From contig JAPLME010000007.1 in NCBI GenBank assembly GCA_026387175.1, positions 487-64,486 on the forward strand: a DNA stretch of 64,000 nt, written 5' to 3'. The notes under the pieces are model-generated. The model was not told where the DNA came from. It saw nothing but the letters and a program-made list of their open reading frames with translations, and did no database searches. Positions 29,109 through 39,263 of this stretch are shown here, in pieces (position 1 is the first letter of the stretch; the number at the start of each line of letters is the position of its first letter). The translations under genes were made by a program, and so were the position numbers. Source of the stretch: Candidatus Omnitrophota bacterium (lineage in GTDB: Bacteria; Omnitrophota; Gorgyraeia; 2-01-FULL-45-10).

Positions 29109-29501
29109 CTATAGCTGTATTTTTGACCGGATCTCTTCAGGTATTCTGGTCGGCTTCAAATTACCATTTACGCAGGCCCAAACTGCCTTGCAGATAAGTA
29201 AAGTGGTCTCTCCCCTTTTGATCTCCTGTATAAAATTAAGAGAGGCATTTCCTACTTTTTCAGGTCTGGTAAATATACGGATTATATCACCGTATCTGGC
29301 GGGACATTTATAGTCTATTTCCAGGTGTACTACGGGAAATATTATGCCGTTTTTCGCGTATTCTACAAGGTCTACGCCGATATTGCAAAAGTACTCTGTG
29401 CGGGCTTCCTCAAGATGCTTTAGATAGGCGCCGTAATACACAACGCCTCCCGCATCCGTATCATGATAGTACATCTTTTTTTGCAGGTAGAAATCTTTCA
29501 T
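29109..29501 (-). CDS. YbgC/FadM-family acyl-CoA thioesterase
   Basis: YHDTDAGGVVYY..YL...EEAR motif. Confidence 0.88.
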   Translation of the reverse strand: MKDFYLQKKMYYHDTDAGGVVYYGAYLKHLEEARTEYFCNIGVDLVEYAKNGIIFPVVHLEIDYKCPARYGDIIRIFTRPEKVGNASLNFIQEIKRGETTLLICKAVWACVNGNLKPTRIPEEIRSKIQL

Positions 29502-29505
29502 GTTC

Positions 29506-30132
29506 TTATATCCTCAGAGCAAATTTTATGAATGCCAGTATGACATTCTCCGCTGATATTATAATCGGATTTAGTATTCCTGTAAACAATAAAGCGAACA
29601 GTATTAGCAGGCTATACGGTTCAATCTTTGCCAGCATCGCTTGGCCCTCTTCCGGCAATATACCATAAAGTATTCTTGAGCCGTCCAATGGCGGTATTGG
29701 GATAAGGTTGAACGCTCCTAATATAATATTGATCTTGGCCATGACCACCAGAATTACGGGAACCATCGGAATTGCGGTTATCGTTTTGAACTGGAGCAGC
29801 AGAATGGATAAAGTCGCGATGGCGATATTAGTCACGCAGCCGGCCAGTGATACACAGATCAAGCCAAGCCTGAAATTTCTTAAATTCGAATATACAATTG
29901 GCACAGGCTTTGCCCATCCGAACCCCACCAGGAATAACGCGAGCGTTCCTACCGGGTCCAGATGAACTAACGGGTTTAGCGAAAGCCTTCCGGTGCGTTT
30001 TGCGGTATCGTCGCCGAAAAGATACGCTATCCAGCCATGGGATATTTCATGCAATATTATCGAGTATAAGAGCGGGATGGCGAGGATGGCGAACGCGATC
30101 GGATCCTTAAATAATAGTGAGGCCAGCCCCAT
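29506..30132 (-). CDS. Site-2 protease (M50 family)
   Basis: HEISH and FNLIPIPPLDG motifs. Confidence 0.9.
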   Translation of the reverse strand: MGLASLLFKDPIAFAILAIPLLYSIILHEISHGWIAYLFGDDTAKRTGRLSLNPLVHLDPVGTLALFLVGFGWAKPVPIVYSNLRNFRLGLICVSLAGCVTNIAIATLSILLLQFKTITAIPMVPVILVVMAKINIILGAFNLIPIPPLDGSRILYGILPEEGQAMLAKIEPYSLLILFALLFTGILNPIIISAENVILAFIKFALRI

Positions 30133-30147
30133 GAGTATATAAACCCG

Positions 30148-30837
30148 TTATTTTCTGGGATATTTGCTCAATATCTCGAGCAATGAATCTGCCGATTTAG
30201 GCATTTTTGCCATCTCTTCAAGCAGTATCTGTCTTGCTGAAAAACTCTTACCGTACAACGCAAAGTTACCGTCCCATTCTTGCGTTATCACGGCGCCCTC
30301 CAGCTTTACGCCAGCGAATAACCCGCGGCTTCTGGAATATGAAAGTATGCCGCCTTTCATCTGTATATCCGTTGAAGCTTCAGCGGCCCTGCCTACAGGC
30401 CCTGCCGCGACCGATGCATCGGCGCCAAGCTTAAATTTTCCATCCAGTATTCCGTCAACGCTTCTTCGATTCATTATAAGCAGGACGAAGTCCGTGCCCT
30501 GGATACCTATCTGCCATCCGAAACTGCCGCCGGCCATTGTAAACGCGGCTGGTGGCGACCACTGGCCGGTCTTTTCATCCCGTACCATAATAATACCCTG
30601 GCCGTATTTGCCGCCGAATATAAAACCGGCTGAGACGGTGTTCGGGAATATGCATATGGCATGGCAGCTTCTCATGAGATCTTCAGGTATCGACTGATCG
30701 GGCATCTGCTGTATCTCGCCGAGCACATGCCCGGCTTCCTCGACCAGTCTCCCCCACCTCGATTCAGCATATACAAAAGGGCTCGCGCAAGACGCAATTA
30801 CCATAAAACTTAACACTGCAAGAGCCAATTTTTTCAT
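30148..30837 (-). CDS. Ysc84/SYLF lipid-binding domain protein
   Basis: GGAGG RBS before ATG 30837, signal peptide, GGSFGWQIG, AAGPVGR and YSRSRGLFAG motifs. Confidence 0.88.
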   Translation of the reverse strand: MKKLALAVLSFMVIASCASPFVYAESRWGRLVEEAGHVLGEIQQMPDQSIPEDLMRSCHAICIFPNTVSAGFIFGGKYGQGIIMVRDEKTGQWSPPAAFTMAGGSFGWQIGIQGTDFVLLIMNRRSVDGILDGKFKLGADASVAAGPVGRAAEASTDIQMKGGILSYSRSRGLFAGVKLEGAVITQEWDGNFALYGKSFSARQILLEEMAKMPKSADSLLEILSKYPRK

Positions 30838-30866
30838 GAAAACCTCCTTTTTATTTTCTTGCAACA

Positions 30867-31856
30867 CTACCTTTTCAAACTGGTTGCGTAGTATGCCATG
30901 GCAGATAATAACGCAGAACATGGTATGGTTAATACCCATGCCCACACAATTTGCCCGGCTACGCCCCACTTTACCGCGCTCATGCGTTTTAAGGAGCCCA
31001 CGCCGACAATGGAACCCGTTATAGTGTGTGTGGTGCTTACCGGGATTCCGAATGCGGACGATACGAAAAGAGTTATGGCTGCGCCAAATTCCGCGCAAAA
31101 CCCATCGACTGGTTTTAATTTTGAGATCTTCTGCCCCATCGTCTTGACAATACGCCAGCCGCCGAACATTGTGCCGACTGAGATCGCGCTATAGCATGCT
31201 ATGACCACCCATGAAGGCGTATGATAAGTGCCGCCTAAAAGACCGGCGCTGAATAGAAGACTTGCGATGATCCCCATCGTCTTCTGGGCGTCATTTCCGC
31301 CATGGCCCATGCTGTAGAAAGCCGCGGATACCAGCTGTCCTTTCCTGAAGATGTGATCGACCTGCATGGGCGAGCTTTTTCGGAATAGCCAGTAGACCGC
31401 TATGCCGATGCCAAGGCCGAGAACCAGACCTAAAGCCGGAGAGATGAATATGAAAGAGACGGTTTTTAGAATGCCTTTCCAAACGAGGGTCTTTGGGCCG
31501 GCTTTTATCAGGGCCGAACCGATCATTCCTCCTATAAGCGCGTGCGAAGAACTTGTGGGGAGACCGAAATACCATGTGATTATATTCCAGCCGCATGCTC
31601 CCACAAGAGCGCCGAATATTATGTGCTTGTCGATAATATGTATATCGATTATGCCTGTGCCGATCGTATTTGCGACATGAAGGCCGAAGAACGCGAATGC
31701 GATAAAATTGAAGAATGCCGCCCATATGATGGCTATGCTGGGCGAGAGTACGCGGGTGGATACTACAGTCGCTATGGAGTTAGCGGAGTCGTGAAAGCCG
31801 TTCAAAAAATCAAAAGCCAGGGCGAGGATGATCAGTAATATGATGCTGAGGGTCAT
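30867..31856 (-). CDS. pit: PiT-family inorganic phosphate transporter
   Basis: NGFHDSAN, GLPTSSSH, HGGNDAQK and PVSTTH motifs. Confidence 0.92.
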   Translation of the reverse strand: MTLSIILLIILALAFDFLNGFHDSANSIATVVSTRVLSPSIAIIWAAFFNFIAFAFFGLHVANTIGTGIIDIHIIDKHIIFGALVGACGWNIITWYFGLPTSSSHALIGGMIGSALIKAGPKTLVWKGILKTVSFIFISPALGLVLGLGIGIAVYWLFRKSSPMQVDHIFRKGQLVSAAFYSMGHGGNDAQKTMGIIASLLFSAGLLGGTYHTPSWVVIACYSAISVGTMFGGWRIVKTMGQKISKLKPVDGFCAEFGAAITLFVSSAFGIPVSTTHTITGSIVGVGSLKRMSAVKWGVAGQIVWAWVLTIPCSALLSAMAYYATSLKR

Positions 31857-31859
31857 TTA

Positions 31860-32489
31860 TCAGGCCTGTTTAACGAGTATGGACTGGACCACATGCGCGA
31901 CGTCTTCGCATATATCAAGCACCGTCTCCGCGTCCTGGTAGATCTCTTTACGCTTTATTACGTCTATCGGGTCCTTTGAGGTCTCAAAAAGCTCTGCAAG
32001 GACATCATCTCTCATTGTGTCGCCCACGTTTTCGAGCCGGTGCACCTCTACGCAGGATTCCTTTACGACTTTTAAATTTTTACTGTTGCGCAAGCCCCTA
32101 ACGGCGCATGCCACCGCGCGCGTCGATTCCTCGATCACCTTGGAGAATTCGATAAGATTTTTGTCCGCGCCGAGTGTCTTATATGTTTTCATGCGATTGA
32201 CGATAGTGTAGAGCATGTCGACTATATCGTCGAGCTCCTTAGCGAGGGCATGGATGTCTTCGCGGTCGAAAGGGGTTATAAACGTCTTGTCCAGGCGATT
32301 GAGGATATCGTGCGCGATCTCGTCTCCGCGATGCTCGAGGTCATGCATCTTTTTGAGTGATTTCTCATCCAGGACCTCCGGTTTGGTTACCAGCTCCCTG
32401 AAATTAGCCGCCGCCTCTACCGCGCAGGCGGCCTGCTTTTCGAAAAGGTCGTAAAAATTGAATTCTTTAGGAAGAAAACTAAAGCCCAT
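31860..32489 (-). CDS. DUF47 (PhoU-like) phosphate transport regulator
   Basis: EHRGD and FITPFDREDI motifs; directly upstream of pit. Confidence 0.9.
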   Translation of the reverse strand: MGFSFLPKEFNFYDLFEKQAACAVEAAANFRELVTKPEVLDEKSLKKMHDLEHRGDEIAHDILNRLDKTFITPFDREDIHALAKELDDIVDMLYTIVNRMKTYKTLGADKNLIEFSKVIEESTRAVACAVRGLRNSKNLKVVKESCVEVHRLENVGDTMRDDVLAELFETSKDPIDVIKRKEIYQDAETVLDICEDVAHVVQSILVKQA

Positions 32490-32530
32490 AACGCTCCTTT
32501 TATTATTTTATTATTAGTCCTGTTTAGCAC

Positions 32531-32618
32531 ATTATAGATGGTGAAAGGCGTTTGTGTCAAGACGTTATAATCTTCTTTGAGGCCCTGCTCTTGCCTTTGG
32601 TTATTAGTATGATATAAT
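32531..32618. promoter_or_regulatory. Divergent sigma70-type promoters for DUF47-pit and glgC
   Basis: Minus strand: TTGACA-18-TATAAT (32560-32531). Plus strand: TTGCCT-16-TATAAT with TG (32591-32618). Confidence 0.6.
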
Positions 32619-32648
32619 TGATAAAACAAAACATAAGGAAAGGGTATA

Positions 32649-33899
32649 ATGAAAAGAGTCATAGCGCTTATTTTAGGCGGCGGACAAGGTAAAAGGCTTT
32701 TCCCTCTCACCGAATACCGGTCCAAGCCGGCGGTTCCGATAGCGGCAAAGTACCGGCTCATAGATATTCCTGTATCAAACTGCCTCCACTCCGGGATTAA
32801 GGACATATATGTGCTTACGCAATTTAACTCTGAATCCCTGAACAACCATATAAATAATACATACCGGTTCGACTATTTTTCCAGGGCGTTCGTAAGGATA
32901 CTTGCCGCAGAGCAGACGGTCGATAATACGAACTGGTTCCAGGGGACAGCTGATGCCGTGAGGAGAAATCTGTTTCATCTTAACCTTGAGGGCGATGAGA
33001 TGATACTTATTCTCTCGGGCGACCATCTTTATAACATGGACTATCGAAAGTTCATAACTTTTCACACGAAGCATGGAGCTGATTTCACTTTATCCGCGAT
33101 ACCGATAAAGACGAATGAGGCCGGTGAGTTCGGAGTTATAAAACTGAATCGGGATAACAGGATCATCGGATTTAAGGAAAAGCCCAGGAACAGGACTGAG
33201 CTTAAAGGCTACGTTTTTAAAGGCGATATGCATGGTGTGAGGACTCTGCCGGGAGCGTACTGTCTCGCCTCTATGGGCGTGTACGTATTTAACGCAAATG
33301 CCCTGATGAAAGTCCTGGAAGGCAATGACGCGGATTTCGGAAAAGAGGTCATCCCGAATTCTATAAAAAATTATACAGGGGCGGGTTATGTGTTCGATGG
33401 TTACTGGAAGGACGTCGGCACGATAAAATCATATTATGATGTAAATATGGATCTCGCTAGCGGAAAACAGTACATGTCATTCTTCTACGACGGGTCGGTA
33501 TTTACGAGGCCCCGCTTCCTTCCTGTGGCGAGGATATCCAACTGTAAGCTGGAAAAATCGCTGGTGGCCGAAGGGTCCGTAATAACGGATGCCAGCATAT
33601 CCCACTCGATCGTGGGCGTGCGCTCTATCGTCGGTAAAAACTGCAGAATATCGAGAACGGTGCTTATAGGCGCCGATTTCTATGAGGCGCCGGGTAGCTC
33701 CGAGCCGATAAAGATAGGCGTCGGTGACGGTACGGTTATAGACAAGACCATCGTGGATAAGAACGCCAGGATCGGCAGGAATGTCGTTATAAGAAATATT
33801 AATAAACTGAAAAATTACGATGGCGGGAACTATTTCATCAGAGACGGCATCGTGGTTATTCCGAAGAACGCGAAGATCAAGGACGGCACGCGCATTTAA
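32649..33899 (+). CDS. glgC: Glucose-1-phosphate adenylyltransferase
   Basis: LGGGQGKRLFPLT, KPAVP, GTADAV, F.EKP and DFGKEVIP motifs. Confidence 0.93.
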   Translation: MKRVIALILGGGQGKRLFPLTEYRSKPAVPIAAKYRLIDIPVSNCLHSGIKDIYVLTQFNSESLNNHINNTYRFDYFSRAFVRILAAEQTVDNTNWFQGTADAVRRNLFHLNLEGDEMILILSGDHLYNMDYRKFITFHTKHGADFTLSAIPIKTNEAGEFGVIKLNRDNRIIGFKEKPRNRTELKGYVFKGDMHGVRTLPGAYCLASMGVYVFNANALMKVLEGNDADFGKEVIPNSIKNYTGAGYVFDGYWKDVGTIKSYYDVNMDLASGKQYMSFFYDGSVFTRPRFLPVARISNCKLEKSLVAEGSVITDASISHSIVGVRSIVGKNCRISRTVLIGADFYEAPGSSEPIKIGVGDGTVIDKTIVDKNARIGRNVVIRNINKLKNYDGGNYFIRDGIVVIPKNAKIKDGTRI

Positions 33900-34770
33900 T
33901 CCCCTGGCAGCTTTCTCTCTTCATTAAGGTCTCTTTTATCTTTTGGATCGTCCCCGGCTTGTCGAGCGCCCAGAGCGGGGCAATATGGTCTGGCCTCTTC
34001 CCCTGGCCCGTAAGGCGATGTATTATGATGCCATCAGAAAGGTTCTCTAGGAAATCGCAGACAAGCTCTACATATTCTTCCTGGGCCAGGACTCTTATAT
34101 CGCCATTTTTATAGAGTTTTTCGAATTCGCTTCCCTTAAGAATGTGCAAGAGATGTATCTTCACGCCATCGACCTTCAGCTCGGTGAGCTTCCGTGCGGT
34201 CCCGACGATCTCCTCTTTTGTCTCGCCGGGAAGGCCGATTATTACATGTACGCATACAGGTATCGATAATTTTTTCGTATCGTCGTAGGCCCTTAAAAAG
34301 TCACTAAAGTTATGGCCGCGGTCTATGGTTTTAAGGGTTCGGTCGTGTATCGATTGAAGTCCATACTCCAGCCAGACCTCGTATCTGTCTTTGTACGAAG
34401 ATATCAATTTTAACTTATCAGCGTCTACGCAGTCGGGACGCGTCCCTATAGATAAGCCTATTATCTCTTCAAAAGGCAATATCTGGTCATAGATCTCTTT
34501 TAACCGGTTTACGGGAGAGTTGGTGTTAGTGAAGGCCTGGAAGTATGCGACGAATTTTGACGCATCCCCGGACTTCTTCAAATATTCTATCCGGCCTGAA
34601 AGTTGTTCCGTAATGGATTTTTTCGGGTCCGCGTAAGATGAGCGTGAGCCGTCTTCGTTGCAATAGAGGCAGCGATGAGGACATGAAAATCCGGCATCGA
34701 GCCCGATGCGATAGACCTTAGTGCCGTATCTTTCCTTCAGGTATGAGCCGTAGTCGTTGTAAAGTTTCAT
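33877..34770 (-). CDS. Radical SAM protein, TIGR01212/YhcC family
   Basis: [28 protein letters not shown] and GVKIHLLH motifs. Confidence 0.88.
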   Translation of the reverse strand: MKLYNDYGSYLKERYGTKVYRIGLDAGFSCPHRCLYCNEDGSRSSYADPKKSITEQLSGRIEYLKKSGDASKFVAYFQAFTNTNSPVNRLKEIYDQILPFEEIIGLSIGTRPDCVDADKLKLISSYKDRYEVWLEYGLQSIHDRTLKTIDRGHNFSDFLRAYDDTKKLSIPVCVHVIIGLPGETKEEIVGTARKLTELKVDGVKIHLLHILKGSEFEKLYKNGDIRVLAQEEYVELVCDFLENLSDGIIIHRLTGQGKRPDHIAPLWALDKPGTIQKIKETLMKRESCQGIKCACRP

Positions 34771-36560
34771 TTTGACCTTCTCGCGCTGTCCAGGTATATC
34801 ATAAGGATGGATATGGCGGCGGGCGTAACGCCGGATATGCGCGATGCCTGGCCAAGGTTTATCGGCCTGGCCCTTGAGAGTTTCTCTTTTATTTCCGAGG
34901 AGAGGCAGTTTATTTTTTTGTAATCCAGGCCCTCCGGGATCTTTATCCTTTCTATCTTGCCGAGCCGGCCGACCTCTTTAAGCTGTCTTTTTATAAATCC
35001 CTCATATTTTATCTCTATCTCCACGACTTTTGCTTCCTCCTCCGAGATATTTATCCTGTCTTCCGCCGGCACGACTTCTTCATATGACGCGCCGGGCCGC
35101 CGTAATTTTTTTTCAAGGCGCGTCATTTTAAGCCTGTTTATTTCGGAGCCGATCCTGGCATTTTTAGCTACAGCTTTTTTATACGTTGCCTCGTTAACCA
35201 GGCCGATATTATATCCGATAGGAGTAAGCCGTAAGTCGGTATTGTCTTCCCGCAGGATGAGACGGTATTCAACCCGTGAAGTGAACATTCTGTACGGCTC
35301 GTTAGTTCCCTTTGTTACCAGGTCATCTATCAGGACCCCGATATATGCCTGTGACCGCTCCAGGACCAGCGGTTTTTTGCCTTGAGTTTTCAGGGCGGCG
35401 TTTATTCCGGCCATGAGGCCGAGCGCCGCGGCCTCTTCGTATCCGGTGGTGCCGTTTATCTGGCCGGCGAGATACAGGCCGGAGACAGCTTTCGTCTCAA
35501 GCGTCGGATAAAGTTCGGTAGGATCGACATAATCATATTCGATTCCATAGCCGGGCCTGACTATATTTGCTTTCTCAAGGCCCTCAATGGATCTCACCAT
35601 CTTTTCCTGCACATCCAAAGGCAGGCTCGTCGATATGCCGTTGGGATAACACTGTGTTGTGCCGAGGCCTTCCGGCTCGATAAATACATGGTGCCGGTCG
35701 CGTCCGGGAAATCTATGGATCTTATCCTCTATCGATGGGCAGTATCGGACGCCCGTACCCTTTATCACTCCTGTAAAGAGCGGTGACCGATTGAGGTTTG
35801 ACAATATTATGTCGTGGGTATTTTTGTTTGTGTATGTTATATAACAGGGAAGCTGCTCTCTCGCTATTTTTTTAGTCTGGAATGAGAACGGCGTTATCCG
35901 CTCATCGCCGTATTGAACGGCCATCTTTTTAAAATTTATTGTCCTGCCGTCCAATCTTGCGCAGGTGCCGGTCTTGAGACGGCCCGTTCTAAAGCCGAGG
36001 CTTTTTATAGCGCTCGATAATCCTTTGGAGTTATCTTCCCCTATCCTCCCGCCGGCCCAATTTTTAAGCCCTATATGGATCAAGCCATTAAGGAATGTGC
36101 CGGGCGTGATTATTACGCATTTTGCGTGGAATATTTCACCTGATGCCGTTTTCACTCCCTCTATGCGGCCATTTTTAACTATAAGGTCTTCAACCATCCC
36201 CTCCCGCACCTGAAGTCCGGCCTGGCCCAGGATAGCTGTCTTCATGTATATCCGGTAAGCTTCGATGTCTACCTGGGCCCTGGTCGATCTCACGGCGGGG
36301 CCCTTTTTAGTGTTCAAGATACGGAATTGCACAGCGCTTGCGTCGGTAGCTTTCGCCATTTCGCCGCCCAGGGCATCGATCTCCTTTACAAGCTGGCCCT
36401 TCGCGAGGCCTCCTACGGCGGGGTTGCATGACATCAGGCCTATCGTGTCGATGCTCATAGTTATGAGCAGAGTCTTCCGGCCGAGCCGACTCCCCGCAAG
36501 CGCTGCCTCACAGCCGGCATGTCCTGAGCCTATTACTAATATGTCGAATTTACTGGCCAT
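34767..36560 (-). CDS. mnmG: tRNA uridine-5-carboxymethylaminomethyl synthesis enzyme
   Basis: [26 protein letters not shown] and [13 protein letters not shown] motifs. Confidence 0.96.
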   Translation of the reverse strand: MASKFDILVIGSGHAGCEAALAGSRLGRKTLLITMSIDTIGLMSCNPAVGGLAKGQLVKEIDALGGEMAKATDASAVQFRILNTKKGPAVRSTRAQVDIEAYRIYMKTAILGQAGLQVREGMVEDLIVKNGRIEGVKTASGEIFHAKCVIITPGTFLNGLIHIGLKNWAGGRIGEDNSKGLSSAIKSLGFRTGRLKTGTCARLDGRTINFKKMAVQYGDERITPFSFQTKKIAREQLPCYITYTNKNTHDIILSNLNRSPLFTGVIKGTGVRYCPSIEDKIHRFPGRDRHHVFIEPEGLGTTQCYPNGISTSLPLDVQEKMVRSIEGLEKANIVRPGYGIEYDYVDPTELYPTLETKAVSGLYLAGQINGTTGYEEAAALGLMAGINAALKTQGKKPLVLERSQAYIGVLIDDLVTKGTNEPYRMFTSRVEYRLILREDNTDLRLTPIGYNIGLVNEATYKKAVAKNARIGSEINRLKMTRLEKKLRRPGASYEEVVPAEDRINISEEEAKVVEIEIKYEGFIKRQLKEVGRLGKIERIKIPEGLDYKKINCLSSEIKEKLSRARPINLGQASRISGVTPAAISILMIYLDSARRSK

Positions 36561-36616
36561 AGATTATATTGTAACACGCTCTTGTTTTTTTAGAAATATA
36601 AGGTATACTTAACATT

Positions 36617-36730
36617 GGATGACAACGGCTCACTGACCCGTTCTCGGGTTCATGGTACACCGTACCGCAAGATGCTGTTGCCATCCGGACTTCTTCCCGC
36701 CATTAAGGAAAATGGCGGGTTTTTTATTTT
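36617..36730 (+). ncRNA. Candidate orphan structured small RNA
   Basis: TATACT at 36604-36609; a 13-bp closing stem enclosing two hairpins; then a terminator. No + strand ORF follows. Confidence 0.55.
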
Positions 36731-36731
36731 T
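36696..36731 (+). terminator. Intrinsic terminator (+ strand)
   Basis: cccgccatt-aaggaa-aatggcggg followed by ttttttattttt. Confidence 0.8.
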
Positions 36732-36766
36732 ACGCTCAAGCTAATTTATTAATATGGCGGGAGAGC

Positions 36767-37144
36767 TTATTTCTTGCGCAGCGGCGCAAGAGAAAGCATT
36801 ATCTGCAGCGCTTTCAATGCCTCTTCAAGATTGATCGGTTTCGTTATGTAGTAATCCGCTTCAAAGGCATATCCCTTCATTATGTTGACAGGCTCTGAAA
36901 TCGCGCTTACTATTATCACCGGCACCCATTTCCTCGACGATCTTATCTCTTCGAGAAACGCGAAACCGTCTTTTTTAGGCATCCTTATATCGCACATGAC
37001 TATGTCGGGATTATCGGAATCGAATTTCTTTATTCCATCCTCGCCGTCACATGCCTTTGATACTGCGTAGCCGCGAGCGGTAAAAAAATCCGAGAGCGTA
37101 TCTACGATATCTTTCTCGTCGTCGATTATCAATATTTTCTGCAT
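36767..37144 (-). CDS. Stand-alone response regulator receiver protein
   Basis: ILIIDDE, DIRMP.KDG and YITKP motifs. Confidence 0.9.
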   Translation of the reverse strand: MQKILIIDDEKDIVDTLSDFFTARGYAVSKACDGEDGIKKFDSDNPDIVMCDIRMPKKDGFAFLEEIRSSRKWVPVIIVSAISEPVNIMKGYAFEADYYITKPINLEEALKALQIMLSLAPLRKK

Positions 37145-37193
37145 ATAGGCATAGCCTTACTTTTGCTGATCAGATCTTTCCGGAAATCGCCTT

Positions 37194-38414
37194 TTAAAGG
37201 CTTATTATCGAGTCGAACGTGCCGAAAGAGTTCTGTTCGCGCTCCTTATTCTGAGAATCCGATATCCATTCGCCGTCGATAATGAATTTGTATTTATGCC
37301 TGCCTGCGGTTAATCCCAGCTTCTTTTCCCATCTGCCGTTATCAAGCCTCGAGAGACGGCAGTCTTCGGTGATCTTCCAGTTATTGAAATCACCGACAAC
37401 GTATATCTCCTTTGCGCTCGGCGCGTCTACGTTAAAGAGTATATCCCTCGGAGAGGTCGTCGACTCTTCAATATTATTGGTAACTCCTCTGGGCAAGTTC
37501 ATGACCGGCGCGGCGCTTTCGCGCGCGACGTCACTTACCGTTTCTTCTATTCTTGAGCCGGATGATGGCAGGACGGCTTCGGCACTCCGGGCGGTCTCTG
37601 TAGCCGCCGTCGGCGATACGGCGTTCAACGCCTTTTCGAATTCAAGGGCTCCATCCGCCCTAAGCATCTCCTGAGCCAAGGCCATATAATCCTTCGCGCC
37701 GATAGAGTCCTTATTGAACCGGGTAATACATACCCCTTTGGCGGCGGCTTTTTTCAGGTCTACATTCATTCTTATCACGGTCGATAGTAACTGGTCCTTA
37801 AAGAACGCTTTTATCTCGTTATACATGACCTCAGAGTATTTTGTCCTCCTGTCATAGAGAGTGGCGAGCGCGTTTACCTGAGGCGAATGGAATATCTTTA
37901 TCTTTATCAGTTCCAGCATACCAAGAAGCTTTCCGACGCCCATCAAAGAGAGCGCGCTCATGTCTATCGGAACTATTACCTGGTCGCAAGCGCGTAATGC
38001 GTTAAATGTCAAGAACCCCAGGCTCGGCGGGCAGTCTATGACCATATAATCGTAGTCCAGATGGCTCATCGTCAGCGCCTGGTGCAATTTTGATACCGCG
38101 TCTTCCTTGTCCTTTAATTCCTGTTCAAGGGTGCTTAATAGTATATTCGCGGGCACTATATCCAGATTAGGAGAAACGTTGACTATGCAATCTTTTATGG
38201 GGCGGTTCTTTTCCGGATTATCCGTCAGGACGTTGTAGACAGAGCGGTCCATGCTCTGATTCGTCCGGTTGAGGCTGAAGCTCGCATGAGCCTGAGGGTC
38301 GAGATCCACCACCAGGGTCTTTTTACCCGTCTCCGCAAGTGCGCCTGCGAGATTTATGGCCGTCGTGGTCTTACCGCAACCGCCCTTTTGATTGGCTATT
38401 GCTATTTTCTTCAT
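37194..38414 (-). CDS. ParA/Soj-family ATPase fused to a C-terminal CBM48/AMPK-type glycogen-binding domain
   Basis: Deviant Walker A KGGCGKTT, DLDPQ and IDCPPSLG; C-terminal VVGDFNNW...GRW...YKFIIDGEW..D. Confidence 0.88.
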   Translation of the reverse strand: MKKIAIANQKGGCGKTTTAINLAGALAETGKKTLVVDLDPQAHASFSLNRTNQSMDRSVYNVLTDNPEKNRPIKDCIVNVSPNLDIVPANILLSTLEQELKDKEDAVSKLHQALTMSHLDYDYMVIDCPPSLGFLTFNALRACDQVIVPIDMSALSLMGVGKLLGMLELIKIKIFHSPQVNALATLYDRRTKYSEVMYNEIKAFFKDQLLSTVIRMNVDLKKAAAKGVCITRFNKDSIGAKDYMALAQEMLRADGALEFEKALNAVSPTAATETARSAEAVLPSSGSRIEETVSDVARESAAPVMNLPRGVTNNIEESTTSPRDILFNVDAPSAKEIYVVGDFNNWKITEDCRLSRLDNGRWEKKLGLTAGRHKYKFIIDGEWISDSQNKEREQNSFGTFDSIISL

Positions 38415-38459
38415 TATCAGTATCCCCTTTCTGTAATGTGGCCGCTATAAAAGGATATC

Positions 38460-39263
38460 CTATAAATATTTTTTGGCGTAACGTACGCCATTTTTAAAGA
38501 TAGCGAATCCGTCGCCATCTGTTTTTTTCTTATTCCTGGTCCAGCTCGGATGCTGGTAGGCTCTTATGTGCCGTTCAGGATGAGGCATCAGGCCGAATAT
38601 GCGGCCGCTGGGATCGCATATCCCGGCTATATTCTCTATCGAACCGTTCGGACAATATGGATAAGGCGCCCTCTTCCCCGCGCTATCGACATACTCGAAG
38701 ACCACCAGGCCTTTATCCTTCATTCTCTTCAATACGTTTTTATCTTTCGGGATGAATTTGCCTTCGCCGTGCGCTACCGGAAGCTGTATGATCTTATCTA
38801 TGCCTTCGGTCCAAACGCATCCGGCCCCCGCTCCCCGGCCCCCAACCTTTTTCAGGTATACCCATCTGTCTTCAAATTTGTCCGAATCATTCAATGTAAG
38901 GGTCGACTCTATCGTTTGGGCGTCGCCGGCAAGGTTAGGCAGGAGCCCGGCCTTGACCAGGACCTGGAAACCATTGCATATTCCGATGATAAGTTTACCG
39001 CTATTTATGAATTTTCGCAAGGGCCCGCCGATCTTGTACTTCAGCTCATTGGCAAGGATCTTGCCGCTGGCTATATCGTCGCCATAAGTGAACCCGCCGG
39101 GTATCGCCATGATATGGTAACTATCCAGGCTCTTCTCTTTTCGCGTCAGTTCATTAATGTGCACCAGCTCGCTCTCGGCACCCGCTTCCTCGAAAGCGAA
39201 CGCCGTCTCCTTATCGCAATTTGTTCCGGCGGTCCTTAGCACTATGACTCTTATCTTACCCAT
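38460..39263 (-). CDS. purQ: FGAM synthase glutaminase subunit
   Basis: GTNCD, PGGFTYGD, GICNGFQ and MPHPER motifs. Confidence 0.95.
   Translation of the reverse strand: MGKIRVIVLRTAGTNCDKETAFAFEEAGAESELVHINELTRKEKSLDSYHIMAIPGGFTYGDDIASGKILANELKYKIGGPLRKFINSGKLIIGICNGFQVLVKAGLLPNLAGDAQTIESTLTLNDSDKFEDRWVYLKKVGGRGAGAGCVWTEGIDKIIQLPVAHGEGKFIPKDKNVLKRMKDKGLVVFEYVDSAGKRAPYPYCPNGSIENIAGICDPSGRIFGLMPHPERHIRAYQHPSWTRNKKKTDGDGFAIFKNGVRYAKKYL

Noticed and set aside
30838-31098. N-terminal extension of the SYLF ORF in the track
   Set aside because: It overlaps pit. The real start is ATG 30837, which has an RBS and a signal peptide.
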